Position numbers and translations under genes: made by a program
NCBI GenBank assembly: GCA_965204375.1
Contig: OZ241986.1
Span: 2,528,001-2,592,000 of the forward strand
DNA length: 64,000 nt
Direction of reading: 5' to 3'
Origin: Candidatus Latescibacterota bacterium
Lineage (GTDB): Bacteria > Latescibacterota > UBA2968
Part shown: positions 1 through 11,041 of the stretch, one piece after another
Position numbering within the stretch: position 1 is the first letter of the stretch
How the letters are laid out: every line of letters starts with the position of its first letter
Notes under the pieces: generated by a model
Told to the model about the DNA's origin: nothing
The model's database searches: none
The model's input: only the letters and a program-made list of their open reading frames with translations

Positions 1-41
1 TCGGCCTCTATTGCCGAGTTTTTTGTCTTACCGCACACCTA

Positions 42-1913
42 TCATTTTTTTCTTTCCAAAACTTCCCATTCCTCAAATAAGCACTCCATTTTATTTTGGA
101 CCTCCTCCTTTTCTCGCGCCAGTTCCTTCAGACGATGCCAGTCGGTGGCAAAGTCTTCCCGCGCCATTTCTGCAGCTATCTGATCGGACTGGTCCTCAAG
201 TATTGCAATCGCTTCTTCTATTTCGGATAAACGGCGTTCCCGTCTTTGCTGCTGCCGCATTGCACGCTTGCGACTTTCATAGTCGGTTTGCGTTTTAGAT
301 GCAGTCTGTACGATCGGTATTTCTACACCCTGCATCTGGCGCTGATAAGCATCGTAATTGCCATCTACCAATTGCCACTCTCCTTCGCCAAGCACAATCA
401 GGCGATTGACCAGACGGTTGAGAAAATACCTATCGTGTGAAACCGCGATCACCGTTCCTGAAAAAGCATCAAGAGCACTTTCGAGCACATGGCAGGAGGC
501 CATATCCAGATGGTTGGTGGGTTCGTCGAGCACCAGCAGATTGAGGGGCGCGCGCATGAGCTTGGCCAGGGCAACGCGACTTTGTTCTCCCCCACTGAGC
601 GAACCCGTCTCACGCTCTACATCGTCCCCAGAAAAGAGAAACGCACCGAGAAAATTTCTAATCTCAACTTCTGGAACATTGGGCGTAAGTGACCAGATTT
701 CTTCGAGAACGCTCAAATTGGGATTCAGGTCCTGACGGGTTTGCGCGTAATATCCAATCTCGAGACCTTTGCCCGGAATAACGCGCCCCGCGTCCGGTGC
801 GAGTTGTTCCATAAAAATTTTCAAGAGTACGGATTTGCCCGAACCATTGGGACCTATAATGCCAAGGCGCTCGCCCCGCCACAACGTGAGATTGAGATCG
901 GAAAATAGAGGGCAGTTAGGATATCCTTTGGTGAGATTCTCAACCTGTAAGACGCGATCTCCTCCCCGCGTGGTGGTGTTAAATCTGAGCACAATATCGC
1001 GTTGTTGCACAACGCGTTCTACGCGGTCGAGTTTTTCAAGTGCTCGGCGTCGGCTCTGCGCCTGTTTGGTCTTTTGTCCGGCGATATTTCGGCGGATATA
1101 CTCTTCGGTTCGCTCAATATGCGCTTGCTGCGCTCGGTAAGCTTTTTGCTGCTGTGCCCGGCGTTGTTCTTTTTCCTCAATATAGAAGGAATAGGTTCCC
1201 GAATACTGTTCGACCACGCCGCGTTCCATATCTACAATTTTGGTCACAGTGCGCTCGAGAAAAGTTCTGTCGTGAGAAATGATGACAAAAGCTTTGGCAT
1301 AATCCGAAAGAAAGTACTCGAGCCATTCTATAGCTTGTAGGTCGAGGTGGTTAGTGGGTTCGTCCAGAAGTAACAGATCGGGTTCTCTTGCGAGCAATTG
1401 AGCAAGGGCCAGGCGATTTTTCTGCCCGCCACTGAGCACTGGCGTTGGCAATTTCAGGTCGGTTTCGCAAAAACCAAGACCAAACAGAATGGCTTTGGCA
1501 CGGGCTTCTGTCGCATACCCTCCCATGTGCTCATACTGGTCGCGGAGATGCCCATAATCATTGAGCACAGCATCGGAATTTTCACCTTCAGCCATAATTT
1601 TTTCCAAGTCATGAAGGCGATGTTGCAAAGCCAGAATATCAGCAAAAGCATCGAGTGCCGCATCCATAACTGTGCATGCTGGATCAAATGTGGGTTCCTG
1701 TGTCAGAAATCCAATATTGAGACCGCGTTGTCTGTGAAGCTGCCCGCGGTCTGGCAGACTTTCTTCGGTTATGAGCCGAAGCAACGTGGTCTTACCGCAC
1801 CCATTGGGCCCGACAAGCCCGATGCGATCATCTGGATCAATTTGCCAATGAATACCAGTGAGCACATCGTGCGCGCCGAAGGATTTCCAGATATCTTCGA
1901 GTTGAATAATCAC
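42..1913 (-). CDS. ABC-F family ATPase (two ABC domains, C-terminal coiled coil; Uup/YdiF-like)
   Basis: Two Walker A motifs (GPNGCGKT, GPNGSGKS), two LSGG signatures, two DEPTNHLD motifs, no TM segments. Confidence 0.92.
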   Translation of the reverse strand: MIIQLEDIWKSFGAHDVLTGIHWQIDPDDRIGLVGPNGCGKTTLLRLITEESLPDRGQLHRQRGLNIGFLTQEPTFDPACTVMDAALDAFADILALQHRLHDLEKIMAEGENSDAVLNDYGHLRDQYEHMGGYATEARAKAILFGLGFCETDLKLPTPVLSGGQKNRLALAQLLAREPDLLLLDEPTNHLDLQAIEWLEYFLSDYAKAFVIISHDRTFLERTVTKIVDMERGVVEQYSGTYSFYIEEKEQRRAQQQKAYRAQQAHIERTEEYIRRNIAGQKTKQAQSRRRALEKLDRVERVVQQRDIVLRFNTTTRGGDRVLQVENLTKGYPNCPLFSDLNLTLWRGERLGIIGPNGSGKSVLLKIFMEQLAPDAGRVIPGKGLEIGYYAQTRQDLNPNLSVLEEIWSLTPNVPEVEIRNFLGAFLFSGDDVERETGSLSGGEQSRVALAKLMRAPLNLLVLDEPTNHLDMASCHVLESALDAFSGTVIAVSHDRYFLNRLVNRLIVLGEGEWQLVDGNYDAYQRQMQGVEIPIVQTASKTQTDYESRKRAMRQQQRRERRLSEIEEAIAILEDQSDQIAAEMAREDFATDWHRLKELAREKEEVQNKMECLFEEWEVLERKK

Positions 1914-2728
1914 CTTTTATCGCCCCTCGCGCTATTGAGCACCTGACGCAGATCTTCCGCAGATTGCCGAGCGGCGTCTGCGAAATCGATACCACTGGAA
2001 GCGTAGAGGATGCTGCGCGACGAATTGACGAGAATACCGCTGCCTTTTTTATCGAGACCATTTTGGACAATTGCATTAGTCTGACCGCCTTGCGTCCCGA
2101 CACCAGGCAAAAGGATGGGGAGGTCAGTGGCAATCGCGCGAACGGTTTTTAAGTCGTTGGGATGTGTTGCACCCACAACGAGACCACAGGGTCCTATTTC
2201 CGACCATTTCACAGCTTTTTGTGCGAGCACCTCATACAGCACGCCCTGGTCTGTGTTGAGGCGCAAAATATCAGCCGACCCGGGATTGGATGTGAGGCAC
2301 AAAAGAAAAGCACAGCCGTTTTGATAAGCCAAAAAGGGGGCAATAGCATCTGTTCCCATCAGAGGGTTGACAGTCACGGCATCAACGCCGAGTTGGCAAT
2401 ATGCCGTATATGCATAGTGTTCTGCTGTATTGCCAATGTCGCCAGCTTTGAAATCGAGTATAATTGGCATATCGTTGGGAATAGCATGGATCGCACCTTG
2501 AAGTGCCTCCCAACCCGCTATACCCTGCGCGCCAAAAAATGCAAAATTGGGTTTATAGGCGCACGCAATATCCCGTGTGGCGGCTATAATTTCTTTTAGA
2601 AAAGCGAGGGTGGGATTGGATTTCCCTTTGAGATGTTCGGGCAGCTTTGCCGAATCGGGATCGAGCCCCACGCACACAAAACTATCGTTGCGTTGTACTG
2701 TATTGCTGTATTTTTGTGAAAAGGACAT
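1910..2728 (-). CDS. pyrF: Orotidine-5'-phosphate decarboxylase
   Basis: CVGLDP, YKPNFAFF, DFKAGDIGNT (DxKxxDIxNT), LLPGVGTQGG, NSSRSILYA. Confidence 0.96.
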   Translation of the reverse strand: MSFSQKYSNTVQRNDSFVCVGLDPDSAKLPEHLKGKSNPTLAFLKEIIAATRDIACAYKPNFAFFGAQGIAGWEALQGAIHAIPNDMPIILDFKAGDIGNTAEHYAYTAYCQLGVDAVTVNPLMGTDAIAPFLAYQNGCAFLLCLTSNPGSADILRLNTDQGVLYEVLAQKAVKWSEIGPCGLVVGATHPNDLKTVRAIATDLPILLPGVGTQGGQTNAIVQNGLDKKGSGILVNSSRSILYASSGIDFADAARQSAEDLRQVLNSARGDKR

Positions 2729-2812
2729 TCAATCTCTCCATTAAGCAAATGGCGGACCCCTCATGGGAATCCGCCGTTACTGAATAACACCGCTTCAGCA
2801 CATGCTTTGAAA

Positions 2813-3180
2813 CAAGCGGGCCTGTAAGCCGAGTTCTGTCGTTTGGTAGCCCAAACGGATGGTCATTTATCTGGGACGCCGGTTACCCGACGCCTCTTGC
2901 GGCCTACCCGAGCGTAATAGCGAGACGGGCTATCTCTTCGCTCCTATTCGGCCTTGCTCCAAATGGGGTTTACCGTGCCGCGCTCGTCGCCGAGTCGCGC
3001 GGTGGGCTCTTACCCCACCGTTTCACCCTTGCCCGTAGCGCGAAAAATCGCGCCCGCTGGCGGTCTGTTCTCTGTGGCACTTTCCATCGGGTCGCCCCGC
3101 CTGGGTGTTACCCAGCATTTTGCCCTGTGGAGCTCGGACTTTCCTCATCCCAAAAGGGACGCGACCATCCGGCCCACTTG
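2813..3180 (-). ncRNA. rnpB: RNase P RNA (type A)
   Basis: Minus strand has GAGGAAAGTCCGAGCTCC, AGTGCCACAG, GGTAAACCCC..GGAGCAAGGCC, AGATAAATGA and ACAGAACTCGGCTTAC; the ends CAAGTGGGCC/GGCCCGCTTG pair as P1. Confidence 0.97.
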
Positions 3181-3188
3181 TAATATTT

Positions 3189-3611
3189 TTATTTTTTAGA
3201 CGTGTCGGCACTGTCTTTTGTTGCAATGCCCTGGTTTGCCAACTGGTCGGCTTCTCTATTTTGCTCTCGGCGCACGTGTTTGATCTGAAAGCCGTCAAAA
3301 GTTCTACTCTGCGTTTGGGCGGTCTGATAAAGCGGCAAAAGTCCCCCACTTTTAACCTTGTAAGTCCCATTCATCTGGCGAACCACGAGTTCGCTGTCGG
3401 AAAATACTGTCACCCGGTTGGCTTTGAACTCTGCGGCTATTTCAAGGCCCTTGATCAGCGCGCGATACTCTGCGACATTGTTGGTCGTACAGCCGATATA
3501 TTCACAATATTCTTTGAGAACTTCTCCACCTGCTTCAATGCGAATACCAATGCCAGCATGCCCGGGATTGCCCCTGGATGCCCCGTCGATAAATAGGGTC
3601 AATTCGGTCAA
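3189..3611 (-). CDS. rnhA: Ribonuclease HI family protein
   Basis: DGASRGNPG, TNNVAEY, SDSELVV, HVRREQNREADQLAN. Confidence 0.9.
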   Translation of the reverse strand: MTELTLFIDGASRGNPGHAGIGIRIEAGGEVLKEYCEYIGCTTNNVAEYRALIKGLEIAAEFKANRVTVFSDSELVVRQMNGTYKVKSGGLLPLYQTAQTQSRTFDGFQIKHVRREQNREADQLANQGIATKDSADTSKK

Positions 3612-4330
3612 ACCTCAGCCTCTTCATCACTCCATACCAGAAGGCGACCACAGTTTTCGCAACGCATAATGCTATCGGCGCGTCTGACTTCCACCAGGCG
3701 TTGAGGGGATAATTGGCGATAACAGCCGCCACAGGCCCCTTTGCGAACGGGTACAATGGCAACACCACCTTTGACAACTCTGCGGATGCGATTGTACATG
3801 CTTAAAGGACTGCGTTCCACACCGGGTTCGATGGCTGATCGCTCCTTTTCCCAGGCACGCACATTTTTTTCTACAGAATTGAGTTTAACTGTCAATTCGT
3901 CAATGCGCCCTTGCCGGTCTTTTTCAATTTCCCGATAGTAATTCTCATCTTCTCGGAGTTTTTCCACAATTTTTTCAACTGTATCGATACTTTCCAAAAT
4001 GGCGGTTTCGTGTTGGTCTTTGCGATCATGGAGGGTTGCGATTTCGAGTTGCAAGGCATCGTATTCTTTGTTGGTCTTTACTTCATAGAGACGATCTTGA
4101 TGCTTTTTCAGATCTTCTTCAATTGCGCTGAGTTCCCTTTCAAGTGCCCGGCGATCTTTTTCGAGTTCTTCACTGCGCTGTTGTTGGGCGTCGAGTTGAT
4201 CGCGTGCATCTTGCAGTTCACCTTTGAGACTGTTGATTTCTTTGGGATAATCGGTTTGAGATTGGTGCAACGCGTTGATTTCTTTGTCGATTTCTTGAAG
4301 TTTCAGTAAATTAACCAAACTCTCTCTCAT
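3608..4330 (-). CDS. Coiled-coil protein with C4 zinc ribbon (DUF164/CT398-like)
   Basis: LQEID start, long coiled coil, CGGC..CENCGRLL; start moved to ATG 4330 behind a GAGGAG SD; usual synteny with rnhA-rnpB. Confidence 0.9.
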   Translation of the reverse strand: MRESLVNLLKLQEIDKEINALHQSQTDYPKEINSLKGELQDARDQLDAQQQRSEELEKDRRALERELSAIEEDLKKHQDRLYEVKTNKEYDALQLEIATLHDRKDQHETAILESIDTVEKIVEKLREDENYYREIEKDRQGRIDELTVKLNSVEKNVRAWEKERSAIEPGVERSPLSMYNRIRRVVKGGVAIVPVRKGACGGCYRQLSPQRLVEVRRADSIMRCENCGRLLVWSDEEAEV

Positions 4331-4354
4331 GCGCAGGTCTCCTCGTGAAACGTG

Positions 4355-4392
4355 AAAAGAAAAAGGTGCTACCCTGAACAGGTGCACCTTTC
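4355..4392 (-). terminator. Intrinsic terminator after tRNA-Val
   Basis: AAAGGTGC..GCACCTTT stem followed by a T-run on the minus strand. Confidence 0.55.
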
Positions 4393-4449
4393 TATGGTCG
4401 TGTTTGCTACAACTTGAACCTCTTGATCTGTTGACAAGAAGTTTTGGAA

Positions 4450-4526
4450 TGGTGGGCGATACTGGATTTGAACCAGTGACCTCCGGTATGTGAAACCGGC
4501 ACTCTAACCAACTGAGCTAATCGCCC
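4450..4526 (-). tRNA. tRNA-Val(CAC)
   Basis: GGGCGATTAGCTCAGTTGGTTAGAGTG-CCGGT-TT-CAC-AT-ACCGG..GGTTCAAATCC..CGCCCACCA, full cloverleaf with encoded CCA. Confidence 0.97.
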
Positions 4527-4677
4527 AATTTTGCAATAATACCGCACAGAACGGCCGACCTATTTTTAAAAAATTAAGAGAAGGACAGAAAGTTTTGCAA
4601 TGTATTTTAATTAACAAAAGATAGTTTGGGATGTCAAGCCCGATGTATCAAATCATGCCCTACCTACACCCCCGCAT

Positions 4678-5442
4678 TTACGCATTTTCTTTCAGTTGCA
4701 CAGTATCGGGCCGCTGACCTATTGATGGTGGAGCCATCAGGCGAACCTGTTGTGCAGTCAAATTTTCATAATCATCGACATTGTAATACGTATTTGCCCA
4801 CGATGAATGTCCGGGGCTGTATTTATACAGAAATGCGCGCCGCTCGTGATCAGCTGTCCACGGCATAGTTCCGTGTACCAACGCCTCTGTAAAAATCAAC
4901 GCATCTCCCGCATTCACTTCGGGCTGTACCACATAATGGGGTACCCGTTCATACTCCCGCACATCCTGTGGAATACTATTCAAAAAATTGGTCTTATGCG
5001 TGCCGGGAATACAACAAAACCCACCATCGCCTTTGCGTGCAGGTGTCGTAAAAAAGGTTACCACCGTCAACCCGGTTCGAATAACACCATCGCGGTATTT
5101 GTACCAATGATCACCCTCGCGCCCATTATCGCCCCCGTGTAACCGCCCTCGCTGCCCGCCCTTTTGCATAAAAATGCTATAATCGTGATCAATTCGCACC
5201 TTTGATCCCAAAAATTCCAGTAGATAGGGCATAATCTTCGGATGATCCAACAACTTCTGAAAAGGCATCCCCCACGTTGAGGGCCGTCCCACATTGCGAT
5301 ATTTGCCATCTACCTTTTTCATCTTCTCATCGGCAATCGCATTGAGTTCATCAACTTCCCGCTCTGACAATACATTTTTGATGACAATATAGCCATCTAA
5401 GTCAAATACGAACTTATCTTCAATATCCACCGATAACGGCAT
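4678..5442 (-). CDS. Phytanoyl-CoA dioxygenase (PhyH) family protein
   Basis: FDLDGYIVIKNVL start, IPGTHK, GDALIFTEALVHGT..W..RR. Confidence 0.85.
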   Translation of the reverse strand: MPLSVDIEDKFVFDLDGYIVIKNVLSEREVDELNAIADEKMKKVDGKYRNVGRPSTWGMPFQKLLDHPKIMPYLLEFLGSKVRIDHDYSIFMQKGGQRGRLHGGDNGREGDHWYKYRDGVIRTGLTVVTFFTTPARKGDGGFCCIPGTHKTNFLNSIPQDVREYERVPHYVVQPEVNAGDALIFTEALVHGTMPWTADHERRAFLYKYSPGHSSWANTYYNVDDYENLTAQQVRLMAPPSIGQRPDTVQLKENA

Positions 5443-5619
5443 GCTTCACTCCTTTGGATAAGGACAGAAAATAATCGGAGTAAAAAAGATAACCACCTCA
5501 ATCACCCGCGTCAATGGAGTTCCTTAAACTGATACAGAATGCTTTGATCCTTGCCTATGTTGATAAACTGAAGTATTTTTTACAGGATATTTTGAATATT
5601 GGGCCTGAAGGAATGAGAC

Positions 5620-8376
5620 ATGAAACCTGAAGATAGTGCCAGAAAGAACATTGACAGGCAATTGGAAGCCGCAGGCTGGATTATCCAGGATCGTGAGAAT
5701 TTGAATCTCGGTGCCTCTCTCGGAGTAGCTATCCGGGAATTTCCGTTGGAATCTGGACTGGCGGATTACGCGCTTTTTGTCAACAGGAAACTCGTTGGTG
5801 TTGTAGAGGCAAAGCCTGAAGGCACGACATTGAGCGGCGTAGCAGAGCAATCCCAGAAATATCTAACAGGAGTCCCTGAAAGTCTCCTACAGGCGGATCC
5901 ACCTCCTTTTGCCTATGAGACTACTGGTGTCGAGACATTCTTTAGGGACGAGCGCGATCCGTATCCGCGTTCCAGACAAATCTTTGCATTTCACCAGCCT
6001 CAAACCCTTCAAGAGTGGATTGAAGAGAAAGGAACGCTTAGAGCGCGGCTACTACACTTACCACCGCTGATCAAGGCACCGCTGAGGGGCTGCCAGATTG
6101 AAGCCATTGAAGGACTGGACCAATCGTTTCAGGAAGCCCGACCAAAAGCACTCATCCAGATGGCTTCTGGCAGTGGCAAGACATATACGGCCATCTCCTT
6201 TATCTATCGCCTGATCAAATTTGCTAAAGCCGAGCGTGTCCTGTTTCTGGTAGATCGAAGTAATTTGGGCCGTCAGACAGCGCGGGAGTTCCAGCAGTAT
6301 AGCACCCCGGATGATGGCCGCAAATTTACGGAGTTATACAATGTCCAACACTTGCGCTCCAATAAGATCGACAAAGTTAATAAGGTGTGCATCACGACGA
6401 TCCAGCGCTTGTATTCAATGCTAAGTGGTGAACCTGAATACCACAAAGATGATGAGGAAGGTTCTTTATTCGACACTTCCCCGGAGCGTTTCGACCATGA
6501 GCAACAAAAGGAAGTCATTTATAATCCGGCGATTCCTATTGAGACATTTGATTTCATCGTCACCGACGAGTGCCACCGCTCAATTTACAATGTGTGGCGC
6601 CCGGTGCTGGATTATTTCGACGCCTTTGTGATTGGTCTGACAGCAACGCCGTCTATGCAAACCCTGGGATTTTTCGACCAGAATCTGGTAACGGAATACA
6701 GCCATGAGCGCGCTGTCGCAGACGGCGTGAATGTCGGCTATGAGGTCTATCGGATCAAGACCCGAATTACAGAGGAAGGCAGCAAAATCGAAGCTGGTTT
6801 TCATGTAGATATCCGCGACAAGTTGACGCGAGCGAGGCGGTGGGAACAATTAGAGGATGACCTGGATTATGAGTCTCGCCAACTCGACCGAGAGGTGGTT
6901 GCCCCCGACCAGATCAGGACTGTGGTCAAGACGTTCAAAGAGCGATTGTTCACTGATATTTTTTCGGACAGAATCGAGGTACCCAAAACACTCATCTTTG
7001 CGAAAGACGACTCACACGCGGAAGATATAGTCCATATCGTGCGGGAGGAATTTGGCAAAGGCAATGAGTTTTGCAAGAAAATCACCTATCGCACCACAGG
7101 CGAGAGTCCCGAAGCCCTAATCACGAGTTTTCGCAACTCCTATAACCCCAGAATTGCGGTAACCGTGGATATGATCTCCACCGGCACAGACATCCGCCCC
7201 CTTGAGTGTTTGCTATTCATGCGTTCAATTAAGTCACGGGTGTATTTCGAGCAAATGAAAGGCCGTGGAACGCGCACGATTTCAGATACGGATATCAAGG
7301 CGGTAACGCCGGATACCGAGCACAAAACGCATTTCGTAATTGTCGATGCCGTAGGTGTATGCGAGGACGACAAGACCGATTCCCGGCCTCTGGTGAGAAA
7401 ACGCAGTATTCCCTTTGACAAATTACTCTTTGAGATCGCCATGGGGAAAAGAGATGAGGATACCATCACGACTCTGGCAGGCAGGCTGGGGCAACTGGAC
7501 CAAAAGTTGAACGACGGAAAGCGTGCAGAGATCAGCGAGATTGCAGGTGTTCCGATCAAGGACCTGACGCATCGCCTTCTGGACGCTGTTGATCCCGATA
7601 AGAAGGTTGAGAAGGCAAAAGAACTTTTCTCAACAGACGAGCCTGATGAGGTACAGATTGAGCAAGCCAGCGAAGCATTAGCGGCAACTGCCTGCGACCC
7701 TTTTGACAATCCCGGTTTGCGAAATAAACTCATTGAACTTCACCAGCGAAGCGAACAGGTTATCGACACGGTCAGTTTCGACCAATTGGTGTCGGCAGGC
7801 TTTGATGAGGCAGCGAAGGAAAAAGCAAAGACAACTGTAGATACCTTCAAGCAATTCATTGAGGACAACAAGGATGAATTGACAGCCTTACAGATCATCT
7901 ACAACAGACCACACGCTCAGCGACACATGACCTATGACCAGATTGATGAACTTGCCGAAACCATTAAAAAACCACCCTATCACATCGCGCCCGAACAAGT
8001 CTGGAAAGCCTACGAGCAACTTGAAAAGTCAAAAGTTCGAGGGGCAAGCCCGCACATATTGCTCACGGATATTATTTCTCTCGTGCGTTTTACAATTGGT
8101 GATGTCGAGATCCTTGAACCGTTCCCTGAAACCGTAACCCGACGGTTTGATTCGTGGTTGACCGAACAGGAACAGGCGGAAACGGTATTTACACCCGAGC
8201 AGCGGGAATGGCTAAAAATGATCAAAGACCACATTGCCTCGTCTTTGTCGATTGGAATGGATGACTTTGAATACACGCCCTTTGTCGAAAAAGGCGGGCC
8301 GGTGAAGGCTTATAAGCTATTTGGTGAGGCGTTGGATACAATTCTTGAGACGTTGAATGAACAGTTGGTGGCGTAA
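5620..8376 (+). CDS. hsdR: Type I restriction enzyme R subunit (EcoEI/EcoAI-like)
   Basis: ADYALF..VEAK nuclease motif, MASGSGKT, DECHRS, GLTATP, QMKGRGTR, EcoEI-like C-terminus. Confidence 0.95.
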   Translation: MKPEDSARKNIDRQLEAAGWIIQDRENLNLGASLGVAIREFPLESGLADYALFVNRKLVGVVEAKPEGTTLSGVAEQSQKYLTGVPESLLQADPPPFAYETTGVETFFRDERDPYPRSRQIFAFHQPQTLQEWIEEKGTLRARLLHLPPLIKAPLRGCQIEAIEGLDQSFQEARPKALIQMASGSGKTYTAISFIYRLIKFAKAERVLFLVDRSNLGRQTAREFQQYSTPDDGRKFTELYNVQHLRSNKIDKVNKVCITTIQRLYSMLSGEPEYHKDDEEGSLFDTSPERFDHEQQKEVIYNPAIPIETFDFIVTDECHRSIYNVWRPVLDYFDAFVIGLTATPSMQTLGFFDQNLVTEYSHERAVADGVNVGYEVYRIKTRITEEGSKIEAGFHVDIRDKLTRARRWEQLEDDLDYESRQLDREVVAPDQIRTVVKTFKERLFTDIFSDRIEVPKTLIFAKDDSHAEDIVHIVREEFGKGNEFCKKITYRTTGESPEALITSFRNSYNPRIAVTVDMISTGTDIRPLECLLFMRSIKSRVYFEQMKGRGTRTISDTDIKAVTPDTEHKTHFVIVDAVGVCEDDKTDSRPLVRKRSIPFDKLLFEIAMGKRDEDTITTLAGRLGQLDQKLNDGKRAEISEIAGVPIKDLTHRLLDAVDPDKKVEKAKELFSTDEPDEVQIEQASEALAATACDPFDNPGLRNKLIELHQRSEQVIDTVSFDQLVSAGFDEAAKEKAKTTVDTFKQFIEDNKDELTALQIIYNRPHAQRHMTYDQIDELAETIKKPPYHIAPEQVWKAYEQLEKSKVRGASPHILLTDIISLVRFTIGDVEILEPFPETVTRRFDSWLTEQEQAETVFTPEQREWLKMIKDHIASSLSIGMDDFEYTPFVEKGGPVKAYKLFGEALDTILETLNEQLVA

Positions 8377-9310
8377 GGCAGATCCTGAGAAAAAATTTTC
8401 GATAGGAAATAGGTAAAATGAACGAAACAAATGTCGGTTTGTCTGAGCAGCCAGAAGGGTGGGTGTGGACGACTGTCAGTAGTATTGGTTTAGTTGCAAG
8501 CGGACAAACACCTAAAGGAATCAATGATTTAGACTCGAAAGGTAAAATTCCGTTTTATAAGATTAGCGACATGAATAAATCGGGAAATGAAAAATTCATG
8601 CGCGACACAGCAATCGCGCTTGACAATGCCGAAATCGAAAGATTAGGAATCCATGTCAGAGAACAGGGAACAGTGATTTTTCCTAAGAGAGGTGGAGCAA
8701 TAGCTACAAACAAGAAGCGGATATTATCCTATCCATCGGCCTACGATTTAAATATCATGGGAGTATCGCCTTATATTGTCCCGACGGATTTTTTCTACCA
8801 CTGGCTATTATCAATTGATCTTGCTACATTATCTGATGGCTCGAATGTTCCACAGCTTAATCATAAGCATATAGATCCGTTGCCTTTTCCTCTTCCCCCT
8901 CTCTCCGAACAACATCGCATCGTCGCCAAAATCGAAGAGCTTTTCACCAAACTCGATGCGGGCAAAGAAGAACTCTTGCAGGCCAAGGCGCGATTGAAAC
9001 GTTACCGTCAGTCTGTCTTGAAAGCAGCCATGGACGGAAAGCTGACGGAAGATTGGCGAAAGACGCACGAAGGCGAGATTGAACCTGCGTCTGTATTACT
9101 GAATCGGATTCTCAAGGAGCGGCGGGAAAAATGGGAAGCAGAGCAACTTGAGCAGATGAAAGCAAATGGGAAGATGCCCAAAGACGACAAATGGAAGAAT
9201 AAATACAAGGAACCGCTCGAGCCAGATACCTCGAAACTATCCGAGTTACCAGAAGGGTGGATGTGGACAAATATTCAGCAACTAAGCAAAGTTAGCGGAG
9301 GACTTACTAA

Positions 9311-11041
9311 CCCGACTAATTCATGAAAGTTTATGAATAGGCTATTTATGTCATCATTTCGATGTTGTAAGCCCTCTGTCCGTGATTTTCTGTTTTTGTC
9401 GCTCCCGATTGTATTTTTACCGGGTCTGACAGGTCAATGTCATTGGTTGTGCGTGCCTGTGGTAGTCAAAAAGGCCACAGGTTCCCCCTTGCCCTTGCCT
9501 GCCGAGTCTTTGCCCAGCACAAGGCGGTGTCTGTGTCTGTTGCGCCAGTGATGTTGTCTGCCTTCTGCTTGCCATCTCTGCCCTCCTGCGTTTTGGGTTA
9601 GGGAAACGCCTTTGCCAGATTGTGCAGGATTTTATCATAGACGTGTTGCAAAGGAAAGGACACAGGCAGATGGAAGGTGATCCTCGTATTCAACTCACAG
9701 ACGCGTCCTGCGACTTTGAGGAAGCGATTTTGAATGGTATTGACCTGCGCGTTTATCCACCTTGTGCCATTGAATCCTATTTGCGCCAATGTCTGTATCA
9801 AGACATAGGCGGCAGAATGGAGAAAGAGGCGGAACTGATTGGCAGTAAAGCTGTGACAGGATGTGCGGTCAGAGTGGAGAAAGGTTTTGTGATTTTTAAT
9901 GAAGTTTTCCATCTGTCCGCGCGCACAATAGACGCTTTGATAGATAAAGGACGCCATTGAACTTTTCAGGTTGGTCACGACAAAGCGTGTGTTTTGGCCT
10001 CGGTCACTGATTTCGACCTTGCATACGATGCGTTGTGCCTTGTTCCAACTCTTTGCCTGATAGGAAAACGAGGTAAAAAGACGCACGGCCTCCTTTGTAT
10101 GTGCATAAAGCCTTTTGGCCTGCGCGATAAGGGGTTGTGCCGCCTCACAAAGCTTGGCATTGCTGGTCTGTCCTAAGATAAAATACAGGTCATCAGTCTC
10201 ACAAAGGTGATGGACTTGCGGACAAGAAAAGTGGGCATCACCCCGCAAGATGATCGCCACATCAGGCCAAGCCTGACGCAGATAGGCCACCAAACGCTTG
10301 ACTATGGCGACTATCTGTTGGCCGGTCGGACGGATACCGGGACGCAATATCGTAGTGATCAACTTACCGGTTTGTCCCTCATAAATATGCAAGGGCTGAT
10401 AGGTGTAGGCATTGTAATAGCCATTGAATAGGGACAACTGCTGGGTCCCATAAACCGTATCCTGTGTATCATCAATATCTAAGATGATCGCCTCGGGCGG
10501 CTTTTTATACGAAGCGATAAAACAATCGAGGAAGGCACGGGCAATCCGATACAAGTCGCTTCGCCTGATCTGGTTCTCAAACCGGCTCATCGTGGGTTGA
10601 CTGCCCAAGTCTTTACCTGAAAGCGGCAAGACACCACAGGCGGCCTTGATACCCGGATCGCTGCGTAAGGCATCACAATCATTGCCATCTTCATACCCAC
10701 AGGCTATCTGGAACACCCGTTGCTTGACCAACTCTGCGACGGAGTGCCTCACATAACTCTTATGCCGACGATCCCTGATCGCAGCACTCATGCGTGTTAA
10801 AATGCCAGATTTTGCCTCTACTTCTCGAAGCAATAACGCGCCGCTATCGCTGGTGAGAATGCCCCCATCAAAGGCGAGGTCAAGCCGTTTGCCGAAAATG
10901 CTTGCCAAAGGAACCTTGCGATGTTTATCTTGTGACCCCATGGTAGTTTCCTCCAAGTCTATTGTACAATGGTTATGGTTCTAACCTATAATAATACAAT
11001 GACTTGAATAAGGAAACTACCTTTTTTATGAATTTTTCAGG
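9311..11041 (-). mobile_element. IS1380-family insertion sequence, 1731 bp
   Basis: Imperfect terminal IRs CCCGACTAATTCATGAAA / CCTGAAAAATTCATAAAA, 4-bp target duplication CTAA (9307-9310, 11042-11045), single transposase. Confidence 0.92.
9598..10941 (-). CDS. IS1380-family DDE transposase
   Basis: FDGG.LTSDSG, GYEDGND, SQPTMSRFEN, LDIDDT, LRGDAHF, YCARGQMENFIK, ANQFRL; GGAGG SD before ATG 10941. Confidence 0.93.
   Translation of the reverse strand: MGSQDKHRKVPLASIFGKRLDLAFDGGILTSDSGALLLREVEAKSGILTRMSAAIRDRRHKSYVRHSVAELVKQRVFQIACGYEDGNDCDALRSDPGIKAACGVLPLSGKDLGSQPTMSRFENQIRRSDLYRIARAFLDCFIASYKKPPEAIILDIDDTQDTVYGTQQLSLFNGYYNAYTYQPLHIYEGQTGKLITTILRPGIRPTGQQIVAIVKRLVAYLRQAWPDVAIILRGDAHFSCPQVHHLCETDDLYFILGQTSNAKLCEAAQPLIAQAKRLYAHTKEAVRLFTSFSYQAKSWNKAQRIVCKVEISDRGQNTRFVVTNLKSSMASFIYQSVYCARGQMENFIKNHKTFLHSDRTSCHSFTANQFRLFLHSAAYVLIQTLAQIGFNGTRWINAQVNTIQNRFLKVAGRVCELNTRITFHLPVSFPLQHVYDKILHNLAKAFP

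Noticed and set aside
2954-3370. ORFs 2954-3199 and 3023-3370
   Set aside because: Shadows over rnpB and rnhA
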